Origin: Dudresnaya verticillata
Taxonomy: Eukaryota
Length of the DNA stretch: 64,000 bases
Direction: 5' to 3'
NCBI GenBank assembly: GCA_977862235.1
Contig: OZ374557.1
Span: forward strand, 2,914,001 to 2,978,000
Each line of letters opens with the position of its first letter. Within the stretch, counting starts at the first letter, position 1. The notes beneath the pieces are model-generated. The model did no database searches. It saw nothing but the letters and a program-made list of their open reading frames with translations, and was not told the DNA's origin. Shown piece by piece: positions 25,091-38,865 of this stretch. Position numbers and translations under genes: made by a program.

Positions 25091-28000
25091 TCATGACCCT
25101 TGTCCATTGGACTGATTCTCTTGAGAACGCAAGCTGTATCCGCCGCGGGTTCGCATCGGGCGCTGCATGTCCTCAATATCTTTGCAGTGGCGCACGTCCC
25201 GTCTTCCGCGATCAGGAATAACGAATTCGATGCCAGTCCCATTCCTCTTTTGCAGGCAGGCATCCCAGAACCCATGCAACATGCGACTCTTCCCACAGAG
25301 TGTAGTGGTATCGCCTACCAAAATCAGCAGCTTCTTTGCCCGACTTGTTGCGACGTTGATACGGCGGAAGTCTTTTAGAAACCCGATATTTCTGCCAGAA
25401 TTACTTCTAGTCAAAGATATGATGACGATGCTGCGCTCAAGACCTTGGAGTGCATCAACAGAGTCGATGAGCACATCGAAATCCTTCCTCACCCTCTTGT
25501 CGGAAAGAAAACCGTCGCCATAGTATAGATGATCCCTGATATTCTGAACTTGTGAGCGATACGGTGCGGTGACAATGATCTCGCTGCACAGCTCCTCATA
25601 ATCTGGCCCACCAGAATCCCTAGAACTAGACATGATGTTCTTCAATCTCCATAGAACCCGATTAATTTGCCTGACCTCGAAGCTATTCGTGAACTTACCA
25701 CCTCCAGCAGACAACTCGAATCGGTCCAAACTCTTGGAGGTATCCATGAACGTGAATGGAGCAAAGCCATAGCGACCAGAATTGTAGGAACATTCGTACC
25801 GGTCAACCGAAGACGGGTGAAGAATGAGGTCACCATAAACCATTCGGCTTTGGATTCTGGCAATCGCAGGATGTGTACGGTATTGCCGACAAAGTCATGC
25901 TACCGGACAACGATAACGGTCTACCATGCGCTCAAATAGGGACCTAATTTGCATCTTGTAAGGCATACTGTAGTTGAAATGCCTCATCCTTGCAAGGAAG
26001 GACCCAACAGCAAACTGCGACAGCAGCACAGGGGGTAACTGCTTGTGGTATCCGCATATGACGACATGCAAGCGACCCGTCCCCTTCTTAGTGGTCTTGG
26101 CGGCAGCAGCGATAGGGATGAGACACTCCACTTCTGTTGAATTTGCACCCTCATCCACAATAACGACATCAAGGGGTACCTTCAACTCCTGCAGGACAGC
26201 ACTCGCTGCAGTTGAAAGCGTTGACAAGAACACGATGCATTCGCGTGCCATCGCCTTTCTGGCCTTGGTAGACGCGAAGTTACTTGGCTCGAAATGCTCC
26301 GATCCCTCCTTCTCCTTGTCGAAGATCTCTCTATCGAATACCAATGCCTTCTCGTTCAGAGAAATGTCCAGCAAATCCTCGAACTTGTAGCGCTGACGAC
26401 CAACCCTGACTACATCGGGTATAACCTTTCTACCCTTGCCATCCACGAATCCCATCTTGAGCTTGCGAGAGACGTTATCTACAGCTTGGTTGGAACTGTA
26501 GCACGCCAAAATACGCACCCCTTGGGGGTTATTACTGCAACGCGTCCGACCATCTTCCTTCTTCAGACGGTTGCGCTCTACAGCACCTTCACACAGATGG
26601 CCTGCAGTAGAATGATGCAGTAAGGAAGCCACGAGAGTTGAAATAGTAGTCGTCTTTCCCGTTCCAGGAGGACCAACGATCTCGCAGAAGGATGAGGATC
26701 CCCTCCCCATATCCCCCATTTCGCACAGAACCATGCTCACAGCATTCTTCTGAGAAGGGTTACACTCCGCCTCCCCCAAGCCATCCAAAAACGCCCGGCA
26801 GCCACTGTCGACACCAGTACTCAGCTCCTGGTCAAGAACACTCGAGCGGAGCGCTGGACGCCGAGCAGAAGAGCCAGTTCCAGGCTTGGATCCAGGGCCT
26901 TGCGGTAGATTATCGCCGAAGAGATACTCTAGAAGTCTCTGCGGGGCCCTGCAGATGTTGTGGGTAGCTCTGAACATGCGGTAGAATGCGACGAAGGACT
27001 CCAACGGTTCGAAGAAAATCGTATCGCCCACATCCGGACGCCCCCTATCCAGTTGACGTCGGTTTCCACACATACGCCCATTGACAGTCTCGATTCGCTT
27101 CTCTACCCCCATGTCGTCCACGCTCTCACTGTCATACGAGAGACTGCGGCACAGGAATAGCACCAACGGAGAGTTTGGCCTTCGGCATTCACCTTAGCAG
27201 TGTTTCTTATAAACCCTATGCACAGAGTCATGCCAGCCACATCGTCAACTAGCTTCTTGTTCAGGTCGAGATTCTGGCTTGTACACTTGAAGTTGTAGAG
27301 TAGACTTGACGGCTGTGCCTTGTTGATACGAAACTTAAACATTGTGGCTTCCTTCTCCACCAGGGTAGACGTGAACTTCTCTTGCGACCATTTCCCTTCG
27401 AGAGTATCTCGAATCAATCGACATTTGTTATCGAGAGCGTGGCGGATGAGGAAGTTTAGCTCGAGGTACAGGAACACCTTCAAATGATCACTGTACGAAG
27501 AGATATCTTTTGCTTAAGACGCCTCAGGAAGCATGAAATGCTTGTTGACCGAAAGGAAGTGCTCAAGCCAGTAGTCGTCGTCAAGAGTTACACTCCAAAT
27601 CTTCCTGTTAGATGCTGTGGCCGATCTAGGGTCAATAACCGGGAAGGTAATGGCGGCGTGCACAATTTACAAGTCAACATGAAGCTTCCTGTCTTCTAAC
27701 TTGTTCTTCATCCGTTCCACCTTCAACGTTTCGAGTTCCTCACTCGTACGCTTTCTGGTCTCAGCAATTAGACCACAATTGCTGCCTTCATCTTCCTTTT
27801 GCTCGTCCTGATCGGCTTCGTCTCCTTGTTCACCTTCAGCACCTTCCAAAACCATGTCCTCGTTGTCGGACTCCGGCACTTCAACATCGAAACCCTGATG
27901 ACCAACTTCGTAGCCTAGTACTCCGTTGCGCATCTCCTGGAGATTTCCGCAGAACTCTTCCTGGATAGAAGCCGGATTACGCTTGAAGCGGGTGTGCCTT

Positions 28001-28908
28001 GGCTTGTCCCTAGCGGGCGCGCCATTCGGAAGTTTGGGAAGCGGTTTCCTAGCCTCGTCCAGGAATCCCTTAAGATAATCACTGTGCCCGGGATGTGACG
28101 GATTCGCAGGGTCATCAGGATTCTTCTCATTATGCTTGGGGTTAAGCCCTGTCCAAGCAGGAAAGTCTCCAAACATCTCCACGGCCTTCTTGCTGCGTGT
28201 GGTAGGGCCGCTTGTCCTCCCACGCGACAGCCAACCTGGCTGACCTAAGGTTGGAATTCCCCCAACGGGGCCGGTGTCTTGGGCGTGGTCGTGGCTCGAC
28301 CCCGCGTGGTGAACATGAAAACCTGCACTCTTCGTAGAAGGAGCGACTTGATCAGGGACTTCCGACAGCGTGCGGGCACTTGCAACGCGTCCGACAGAGG
28401 GGCTGGGACCCGTTAGATCCGTCCTTCTCCTCTTGTTCCCGAAGCTGTTTCCTTCTTGCCGCGGTCTGCGGGCCTCTTCTAGGTCCGCCAACTGAGCGTA
28501 CGATGAACGCGGTCTGCGGGCCTCTTGTAAGTCCGCCAGCTGAGCGTGCTATGAACGCAGTCTGGGGGGCTCTTCTAAGTCCGCCAGCTGAGCGTACGAT
28601 GAACGCGCAGCGGGCTTCGCTACATCCGCCTGTGGTTCCGCGACATTCAGGCGCTCGGTTTCTTTCTCGATTTCTCTCTCGATATCCCGTAGCTCCTGAG
28701 TCACCCGCACACTTCTCTTGCGCAGCACTTCCATCCTTTCCGAACTAAGCCTGCCAGTCTTCGCGATGGCGGGCGTGACAGAGTCATCCGCATCTTCTCG
28801 TAGCCCTGATACGTCCATGACGCGCGCACTGTAGAAACTTCCGTAAGGAACAAGGTGTATCGCTTTTCCGGGATTGTTTGCCGCACGCACGCACACGCAA
28901 AAACACAA
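25091..28908 (-). pseudogene. Sen1/senataxin-Upf1-like superfamily-1 helicase, several stops and frameshifts
   Basis: GPPGTGKT, ILACYSSNQAVDNV, IVDEGA, GYHKQLPP, SLFERM, APYRSQV, SVDALQGLE, IGFLKDFRRINVATSRAK; upstream SYSDHLKVFLYLE segment; ORFs 28549, 27667 and 27103 share a frame. Confidence 0.9.
28461..28604 (-). repeat. 3 x 48-bp coding tandem repeat (RSSYAQLADLEEARRP-like)
   Basis: GCGGTCTGCGGGCCTCTTCTAGGTCCGCCAACTGAGCGTACGATGAAC x3 with few substitutions. Confidence 0.9.
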
Positions 28909-29499
28909 TAACCACTGAGCACGGAAGAGAGTAGTGCGTCAATGAGTGGGCGGTAAGCCTCTGCTGTTGTGAACAAAGCGAGGCCCCGGCCACGCGCGGG
29001 CTCGGCTCGGCCAAAGCAAGCCTCACCTTTCGCTGGGTGCTTGCCAACACGGCCGGCACCCCGGTGCTCGCAGAAGCAGGAAGTTTTGACAAAAGGTAGG
29101 TGTGGGAGTGTGGGTCGGAGGGAGTGTGGATGTGAGTGCAGGATACCACTGGTCGCGCGCACACAGGGAATAAGAGTACAGGTTAGTAGTTCTTGGATGT
29201 TCAGCTGGACCGGGTCAGGCGATGTTGTTCCACAGTTCGCGCGCGGGCGACAGCCGTCGGCGTAACTATTGCGCCCACGACGAACATGGCCGCCGGTACG
29301 CCCTGAGCCGACGAACCGCCCGCGGGTGCACCCGCCAAAATAGTGGGGCGGCAGGGGCGCATTAGATCCGCATGCCAACTGGAGTTGATCCTGGTGGAGT
29401 TAGGGCTTTTGATTCACGTGCACGGGTGCGGTTACAAATCGTGGTGGATCAAAAACCTAAAAGGATTTTTGAAGTAAAACCAAAATAGAATGAATCAAA

Positions 29500-29895
29500 C
29501 AAAATCAGTGAGTTTCTCACCTTTCCAGACTTACGACCTGTGAAACCCGTTTGTAGGTATACGGTCTTCAGACCGTGGTTATTGTCAGTTACAATTGTAA
29601 GCACAGGTTTGTTCGTAGCAATTGAATGTAGTTAGATTTCGGGTCTCGCGGTGCTATTGCGGTGCTGCATTCTGGGATCATGAGCATTGGAATGCATGCC
29701 TCACGCTTGCATGAAAGACCGTACACATTGTAGTTGCAGTGACGCTTGTGGGATTGGAGAATGTAATTGTTCCCGACCTGTGAAATATACTTTCCGAGAC
29801 ATTCAGACTGTGACATGTATTTTCGCAGCTATCACATCTGTAAATTTATTTTTTAGCGTTTTCCGGTCTGTGAAATCATTATTTGCAGACCTCCA
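29500..29895. repeat. Palindromic array 4 (divergent intergenic region)
   Basis: CCTGTGAAATATACTTTCCGAG, CTGTGACATGTATTTTCGCAG, CTGTAAATTTATTTTTTAG, CTGTGAAATCATTATTTGCAG at ~30-bp spacing (29777-29890). Confidence 0.75.
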
Positions 29896-31079
29896 GAGAC
29901 TTTTTAAGATATATCAGAGGAATGGACACTAAATCCAATTTTTACTGTTCGAATACACAGACATACGATACACTGCGTAATACAGTTCGATTCATATACC
30001 TTTCTTGAATAACTAAGGAGTTAAAGCATGCTGAACATTGGGATAGCACCCAAACTGCTATTCAGAGACGAACTACGCAGAGAAAACGGGTTTTCTTCCA
30101 AAACAAAAGTATTTCATACTCATTCCACATCCACAGTGATGTACTGAAAGGATTATGGCATCTAATTCCCAAAGTTCAAATCCAAGTTTGTTGTTCAGAA
30201 AGATGCAGCTAACTACAGCAGATTGCTAAACATTGACAAGAGGATACTGCACTTTCGACTTCCGAGATGTTTCAAATCTAGCACCGCATTACCACTGTAG
30301 GGACACTGCTAGGTTGTCTAAATGCGATTTTTTTAAGATTAAGGGTCTAACTACGGAGATATGAGGCAAAATGCTACGTATTCTTTAAAACAAGCGTCCT
30401 TTATTCAATGTATGAAAAATTATGGCCAACCTGGGCTTTCTACCGGACTTCGTCTTGCTCTATTGGAAGCAGTAAGCCCTTCCCATGATGTCGAAGCTGA
30501 CGGAAAGAAATTAGCATATTCAGTTCGGGCGTACCGTAGGAACAACAACAAACGTGCTACAAAAGTGGCCTTTTTAGGGCGTCTAGGGACGGCTTTCATA
30601 CTGCTCATCTGTGCGCAAAAATAGCACCGTGATGCAAATTAAATCTGAACTGCTATTATCAGAAATTAGCGGTCAGTATTTTCTTTGGCCCCCATCATGT
30701 CGGAGCCAGTTGGGCAACTGGCGAGCCATGCGCATGGCCGTGTAGGCGTTATTCAGAGTGTGTGCAGGGGCCCCACCCGGGTGCAGCGAGGAGAAGGAAG
30801 TGATCCTCTTCCGTAATTCTCCGCGGAGTATGGGGGAGCTCGCCGGCTTCCGGAAGTAGAAATATAAACCTTGCCGAAGCCCCCAAGCTGTTCCTATCCA
30901 TCCGCTCGCACCCGCTTTCGCCCCGAGGCTTATCGCTGACGTATATCTTCTCTTCCTATCTTGCGAACTCGTACGCGCGCGGCCCTCACTTCCTGCCTGT
31001 TTCTTCCAATTCTGGGCCCTGGCCTTTCGTATACGACCCGACCCGAGCACGTGCGAGCGGCAAACACCCCCGGATTCCG

Positions 31080-34000
31080 ATGTCCTGTACCGATTCGTCT
31101 AGTCCGTATCGTGACTATGTGCGCTCGTTTGGTGCAGAGTATGATTCCGATGAAGATAGTGGATCTCACGTTCTCAGTAGTGACCGCGGCGCCTCTACCC
31201 TTCCATACAGCAGTGTGAAGTGGTCTAGGGGGCTTCTACTAGTACATCATTACTTCAAGGCCCTGTGGATGCGAGCACCCTAACAGGAGCCCCTGGGAGA
31301 GACAGGTCTGAATGTCTGGGCATTGTCTCAAATTGTGGATTTAGTGAGGAGGAGGTGAGGGAGGTATTGAAGGATTTTGCAGAAGAAGCACATGGGGGTA
31401 CGGCGTTACCTGACCCTATCGGTACGACGACGGATATGTATGAGAGGTATCTTTCAGACCCGAGGGGAAGCATGCCGTACCACGACTTGCCTCTACGGCC
31501 TGACCTGGGTCTTGTTAGGCCGCGGTATCAAAATCGGGCAGGGAGTGGTCATTCGCTAGGAAGACGTGCTAGGAGACAGGTTGATTTCATTAGAATGGCG
31601 TACGCCTTGCAAAGCAAAGCCTTGCTTTGCCGCTTCATTGCAACAATTCCTAGCAACGGACAGGAAGGTGTTGCAAATCAATTGCTGCAGTACCTTGAAG
31701 TTACTGCAAGGACTGGCTCAACTGGACAAAGTTCCAATTCGAGGACAATTAGCTCTGCAGAGTTGGGGGGTCGACTTGCCGCTCTCCTTGAAAGCCATTC
31801 TAGACGAAAAGAGAGGAACAATGGTTTGGAGCTACTTTTCGGTCCAGTTATTGGTATACGCGCACGGTTCTCTACATCAACAAAAACTATTCCCTCAGGC
31901 GGTCAGGGAGTTGCATCCAAGTCTAGAGAACGCCACACGTGTTGTACATGGATAGACAAGGCGGGGTCAATTCGCTGTACTTGCATTGGGTATACCGATT
32001 ATCGTGTTAGAACGAATCTGGATGCATTCAAAGATCCGTGCTGTCATCATGCTGGAGTATTTACATCTCTACTGGACGAGATATCAACCTGTTTGTCAGG
32101 CTATCTACCTACCACACGAACGGAATGCGCACTGGCGTTAATTGAAATGTGCAAAAGTAAGTTTAGCGATGTGGAATGTGCTCTATTCATGGTCGACCTT
32201 CCTCATCTGTGGAACCACCATGGAACAGCGATATCTGTAATTGCTAGGGCGGATCCACTCTCTCCAGATGAGCTTCTATACATTCCGATAAGGCGTACGA
32301 TGCGGAATGGGGAGCACAGGATATGCGCCTTCTGCGATTTGTCAAAGACGACTAGTTGTGAGCACGTCACTTTATTCCATTCACTAGATACTCATGGAGG
32401 GCCGGTGAACGGTACTGAAGGGTCTGGACCACAGCAGCGTCCGAGAACTATGCAACACGGCCCGGACTGGAATCCCATGCTCGACCTACAATCAGTATCC
32501 TATTTCCCACTTCCAATTGTCAACTGCACACGGAGCATTCGAGTTGACCGGGAAGTATTGCAGCTATCGCAGAAGTGTGCCGCATTTCTCGTCAAGGCTC
32601 CAAAGATATGTATGGTATGCAACAGTCTACATTCCGAAAGCAGTAGGAAACTTCAGGAGGGTATTCTCTTATTCTCGGCTGGATCTTGCCGAATGCATAT
32701 AGAGATATTCCAGTGCAGCAGCCTGTCTTGCAATGCGAAGATTCATTCTGAAGGGCGGGACCATGGTATATTACTCCTGATGCTATCTTCTGCAGCTACA
32801 CATGTGGTACTCCGAGACATATTGACAGGTGTGTCTTTGACGAATGGAACTGTTAGCGGGCGCATACAGCAGTTCCACTCCACAATGCTCTCTAACATAA
32901 GTGCAGATTTAATCCCAGGGATTTGGTTGCAGCGCGACTCTACGTTGACACCAGAGCAGCAGTTCCAGAAACAAGTTGACAGGAATGTCCGAGACGGACT
33001 TTTCGATTTAGAAGGATATGATGCCCCCGCATCCCAATCGATTCAGGATGCACATGATGATTCATCGCATCCCCCCGGGGCAGGAGCGCAGCATGCACCA
33101 CCTCCTGTTAGAAATGTCTGGTCCGAAAGGAGTCCGAGAACGACGTCTGATGACGCGGGATTGTTGGAAAGCCAGCATGGGTGGCGTTCTGCAAGGTTGA
33201 TTCAGAAACCGTGTGTGGTTATGTGTGCAAGTTAATGGTTGTTGCCCCACCGCGAAGTTTATTTCAGTGCAACACATGCGAGGCGACTGGACGGATGCAT
33301 GCAATTTGCGCGGATGGCATATGGAGTGGGTATCAGAAAAGGTTGCGAAGGAAGTTTACAAACGTGTCCCAACCTTGCGAGGCGCTACACGTGTCTAGGG
33401 CAGTCTCCCGGAATGCTACGAGAAAGCGTCCGCTTCCCGGACTGCTTCGCCGGGAACGGACCGCGCTCCTACTGATCTCTGCTATAGAGGGCTCCTCAAT
33501 TACCATTACTGGCCAAACGGTTTCGGCATGTGCTTCAGTAGTTCGTCTCATCAACCCCTCTGTTCTTCCAACCAGCTACTTCCAGGAGTCCATATGTGGT
33601 AGAAACGGTGGTGACTGTAGCGATGACATAGGCGAATGCGTACTGAAGAGGATTCGGGAGCTCACAACTTTCATTTTTACTGAGGAGGTGTTGCTTCTAC
33701 GTCTGTGTAGGGCGCTTCTGAAGTACCTTGTGAAGGTATGTCAGCGCAACAACAGGAATGCGCTGACAGCTGCGCATGAAGGAGTTAAGGAAACTGTCAC
33801 GGCATATACTTCAAGGGATAGCGTTGCTAGTATAGCTGATACTCAAGGTTTGCCGTGGAACAGTAGCTTCACATCAGATCGAGACGAGGAAGAAGAAGTC
33901 CTAAGGGACTGCCGACATGACTTGTTCATACTTTTTAAGGCATTAGTGCAGGCCCCATGTACTCAGCTTGTGACAAAGAAGTAGCTTCAAAGTCTATCTA

Positions 34001-35058
34001 CTGTAGCTAACGCTTGCATGGCAGGAATTGAAGGAGTTAAAGAACAACTGAAGGAGACAACTGTTCCGATTGCACAGAGGAGTCAGACCGAAAACTATAA
34101 TGTGCTAAGGTTTCTACGGATACTGCGCGGAGGACTCTCCGCGACGTTGTACTTCGAAAACGTGTGCAAAGTTCTGCTGCAACATATAGGGAAATCGCTT
34201 CATGATGTGGCGAGACGGGGGAGGGACTTTTATGAATTCTATGTTACATTGCCACCGGGAGTCTGCAAAGCTTCCAGTTTCGCAAAAGACTGGAGAAGTG
34301 CTGAATTTGAATTACTGCGAGCCAAGTACTTGGGAATTAACCTTGCCAATAGGCTTGAAGCGAATATTGACAATCAGTACGCATCTGCTTGTAGAACAGG
34401 AGTTTTCTTCCCCGCCCACCCACAAGTGCGTCCGATGCCGTTTAATGACGAGTTAAAGGGTATATCTCAGGACGATTTCTTCGGTGTCTGCTCCAAGCGT
34501 TACTTGCAGAAGAATAAGAGTTACACTCCAGGCGCGTTGACATTCTGCTGCTCTTGTTCATCTCCTATTATCATGGGGTTCAAGGTGCTGGAGAAGAATG
34601 AAGGGCCGAGGTCTGTACTGGATGCCATCGTGTCGCGGTTTCCCCGTCTACCTCGGCATATTATCTACGACTTTGCCTGCGGACTGTACAACAGCGCAGC
34701 GCATACTCTTTGGTGGGCCATTGAGGACACAACGATAACTTCTGATTCCCTTCATGCTCTAAATCACAATTGCTCGCCGAGTTACGTCCCTACCTCGCAC
34801 GATAACCTCAACATGTCCAACACGGTCGCCCATGAACAGAGGAATCGCGCAATTTCGGAAATCGAGAAGAGTCTCCGCTACTGTTCCCAGGAGTTCTATA
34901 TAGCTCTACTGGCATATTAAGTCTGTATTCTAAACTTGAAGGCCAAAGCGAAATCATCGCCAATGTACAACAGCAGGCCAATGGATGTTTCTGAAGCAGA
35001 TCTTCACTGGACGTACTTCAGTTGCCTCGAACTGACATGTCCGTGTTGTTCAGAGTAG
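31080..35058 (+). pseudogene. KDZ (Kyakuja-Dileera-Zisupton / HMGXB3-like) transposase with N-terminal SWIM/CxC-like Cys-His clusters
   Basis: CTC...CCHH, CAFC...CEHV, CMVC...CSSLSC; AICADG; CSKRY...TPGALTFCCSC; EGPRSV; IIYDFACGL; DSLHALNHNC; NTVAHEQRN. Frameshifts near 31270 and 33200, stops at 33982 and 34918. Confidence 0.88.
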
Positions 35059-35139
35059 TTTTCTGTAGGAGCGTGCGTGCAGGACCACTAAACCCGTTTT
35101 GTAAGCTTCATGATTGCATAGTAGAATGTCCTAACTAAT

Positions 35140-35360
35140 TGTCTGTGAACTTATCTTCGCAGGGCGTTTTGGATCAGAAAACTACTTCGGCTACTCCGGG
35201 CCTCAGAATTTCATTTCGGAGCCCTTAGTGACCAAAAGACTATTCCAAAGACCAGTAGCTTCAGGAAAGAGTATTTTCGGACTTCGTGGTTCCGAAAACA
35301 ATATGTTCAGATTTATTGCTCCAGAAACGAATGCTATCAGACCTATTGCTTCACAAATGT
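35140..35360. repeat. Palindromic array 5
   Basis: CTGTGAACTTATCTTCGCAGG, CTCAGAATTTCATTTCGGAG and weaker units at ~30-bp spacing. Confidence 0.6.
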
Positions 35361-36505
35361 TATGAAACAGAACCGTATGGTTCAGTAATAAGTAGTTATC
35401 TCTGTCAGTTGAGGGCAAAGAGTAAATAGTCACTATGTGCACATAGTGGCATGCTACAGCTCTACACGCCAAATCCAGCTGGATTGAGCAGTCACTAGTG
35501 CACTACAGTCAAGACTGGTCCAAAATTCTAATGGAGGATGTATCGCGCCTTGCGGCACACGCGCGCTTTTCGACTAGTACCGTATTCTGTAATGTATACT
35601 CTTCACCTCCCCTACGCAACGTTTCTGCCATTTTGTGCTTCTAGCTAAAAAGTTAACTGCGAATCACACGGAAATGAAATTGCCATCGCAGGCATACCCG
35701 GGCATTCCACAGGGCCCAGCGGGGCCCCGCGGAGGGCCTCTCGAAGGGCTTTTCGTCACTGAAGGAATGGTTTTGGTATTGCGTAAAGCTGTGCTTGGGA
35801 AACAACGTTGCCAGCGCTGCTTGGATGAGAACTCTCCTCATTTTTGCACTTGGTACAGGAAATCATTTTCTGGGCTTGCTGCATGCAGCCGTGCCCATTT
35901 TCATGCTTCGAAAATTTTGCAAAAAAATCTAACTTTTAAACACGGTTCAGTTCCGCAAATCAAGGGGCACGGGGCTGCATTGCTACATCTCGATTGCGGG
36001 CGTCAGAGAAGACGTCTGGAAAACGTGCAGGTTCATGATCCTATGCCCCCGGCGTTGCAACCAGTCCTCATCCCCACCCTCGCAGCAGTCATCTGCCTTG
36101 TTGCCATACGGTGATCGCCGTCTTCAAGACTTGTTGTTGAACGGCCTAGGCTACTGATGCTCCAGACGTCTGCGCGCAGGAATTTCATATGCGCAACGTC
36201 CCGATACTGCTAATCTAGAGGTATCTGCAGACTTATTTCGGCTTCCATGCTACAGATTGGGTCAACCAGAACAAGATTGCGCTACTGTTCTTGCATCTAT
36301 TTATCTCACGCGTGAGATATTGCTGTCCACACTGCCTGCTCCCCGCATTTCGCTTTTTGTGCTGTGCTGCTATAGCTAACATTCCTGTTTTGTCTGCGTC
36401 TCTTGCGCGCTGCAGCGGCAAACAACCCGGAAATTCTTACCTTTCTTTCACGCGAAGTTCGGCTGCGCAGCGGTTACGAAGGACTTTACGTAAGACCGCC
36501 CGGAT

Positions 36506-38805
36506 ATGCGTGTACTGGAAATCTTATTGCCGTGTCTACGGCGGATGTGTGGAAATGATTGCAGCGACGGTGTTCCTGCTAGTTTATCGCCAGTTGTTTC
36601 CACATTAACAACTATAATTGAGTGCGCAAGATGGGTGGAAGATGTCAGTAAGAGCAAGGCAGGAATCGGTAAATTGAAGGTTCTCGTGTGCGTGAAAGAA
36701 TATAGTCCGACTGATGGCGGAGAGTTCGAGACGGGACGTAGACCGAATGCAGCATTAGGGAAGATCTTTCGCATCTGGGGAGCACCTGGTACTGCTGCTC
36801 CCTACGTGCAGGCACCTGCACGTGTGCCTGGCACAAGTCGTGAGGAGGGGGCGACTAGGCATGGAGAGCGTAACGAAACACGGCCCACCGAGGGTGAACG
36901 GAGCCAACCAGGAAGACCGCGACTACCGATGGGGAACTCCCGCCTTGACAGTCATGGAGATGGACCGCCAGGCCTACAGTGACGAGATGTGGGCAATGCA
37001 AAGTCGAAAAGCACACCTCGGCATCCCACGAAACGCTCAAGGCAAGAAAGGTCCAGAACGACTGTGAATGACGGAAGTACTTCGAACTCGTGTGTAACGA
37101 CAGGCCATCGAGAGCCTTCGCCTTCTTCAGCTTCGATTGGAAACGGTCTTGAGAAGAATACGTCGGTAAACGATCGTTTCGATCCGCCGGCGGAAAAGGA
37201 GGCCTCTCACCAATCTGGGTTTGATGTGGAGGTTCCGATAGAAGTTTCTGCCCAGTGTACGTCTCTGCTACTGGATGGTGGAGGTCACATCACACACCCG
37301 ATTCGGACCAAGTACTATAGCTACAAGGACCTGCATGTGAATGAGTTGGTTTGGGCTGTGCAAAAGTTACGGGACATAGAAGTGAGGCACGTAGCGCAGA
37401 ACGCTACGGGGACTGTTTTAGGCGATACGATTGCTGCGCCAGATCAAATCAATACGGTTGGCGAGCTTGTTTACAACTCTCTAATCCGGAGAACGTTCGT
37501 GGGAAAGTAGTTAGAGTTAGAACGGTTTCTTTCGCACCTTGGATTGGAAGTGACGGGGAGATACAAGACTATGAGCAACTTGAAACCCTCTACGTGAAGA
37601 TGGATATCAAGAAGCCGGACAGGAATACGAAAACCCAGAATTTTGCTGCCCTTTGCACGAATCTGATGACGACTGGAATGGAGGGAAGTGCTGGCAAGGC
37701 GTTACTTGAGAAAGCAAAGCAAGGGATTGTCTTCCAGAAGTCGTGCAGGGTTTGGAGGATTTACACGAAGCGGGCAAGGGTAAAGCACAAGGGTACTCCG
37801 AAGGAGTCAGAGAGAAGGAATAGTGATACTAATGATACTAATCGGAGGGTAAGAAAGAAGGCGACCCGCGGGGAGACGAGCATCAATGACATGCAGTGCG
37901 TATGTGGAGGTCCCGAGAGGTGCGCGTTCGACCAACGCCCGGCATGCTCATTCATTTCGAAGGTGGATGGCAGGGACATCGAGGTTGGTAAAGGATCGGT
38001 CCACCCAGAAATTCGATTCTTCAAGGGAGGGAACGTCGCGGAAGGCGACATTGCTACTCGGTTCGCAAGTGTATCGCAGGTGGCAACGGATGCGGCTCCT
38101 GACTCCCTGCACGACTGTGAATCTGAGGTTGTTTTATGGAAGAAAGATGCTATCAAAAGGGTCTTAGTTAAAGGTCCATACGCATACACAGAAGAATCTG
38201 GTACGACTGGACGTTTTGTAGGCACAGCCATTATGGTGGATGATAGACCTTGGGAGGAACCTGATGTTGAAAGTTTTGCGCTCGGAAGGAAGAAAAGAAG
38301 ATCCAGCGCTGCCCGGAAATCTCAGATGAATATTGCAAGGGCAGTAACTCTGTGTGATTTCCGAATGAATCCAGAAACGCCTGGAGGTGCCACTTTTCAC
38401 TACCCGTACTCGGATTGGTATGAGCTTCCTTCCTGCCAGCATTTACTTGGCCATCACTTTTTGCAGAAGATTGTTCCTACGAAGCTTGAGGATCTTTCAG
38501 CTCCAACAGTTGTTCAGTTCCTTTGGGACGCTGGACAGATCTCAGACGATGAAGACCCGTGCTCACAGGTGACAGAAGGTCAACTACTATACTGGCTGTG
38601 CTATTTCCGGAAACAAGGCCGTGAAAAATACTTGGTGCACAGACGTTTACGAACACGAAAGCGAATATGCAGGCATTCATGCGCGTGGACTTACTTCCAC
38701 AGCTGCAGTGTCTGTGAAATTGTGTTCGAGGTCACGATGGCTGTGAAACTGTTACTCATAGACTTGGTAACCCAGAACCGTATTTCCCAGACCTGTTTCC
38801 TGTGA
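36506..38805 (+). pseudogene. Orphan gene (~700 codons), one in-frame TGA (36980) and a frameshift near 37505
   Basis: ORFs 36506-36982 and 36989-37510 are in frame; 37351-38805 continues in another frame; 3' end runs into array 6, so the true stop is uncertain. Confidence 0.6.
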
Positions 38806-38865
38806 ATTCATATTTCACAGGCGTCACGATCGTGGAAATTTGTTTCGGGGACAGGCTATTTCGGA
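38685..38865. repeat. Palindromic array 6
   Basis: CTGTGAAATTGTGTTCGAG, CTGTGAAACTGTTACTCATAG, CCTGTGAATTCATATTTCACAGG (38799-38821). Confidence 0.8.
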
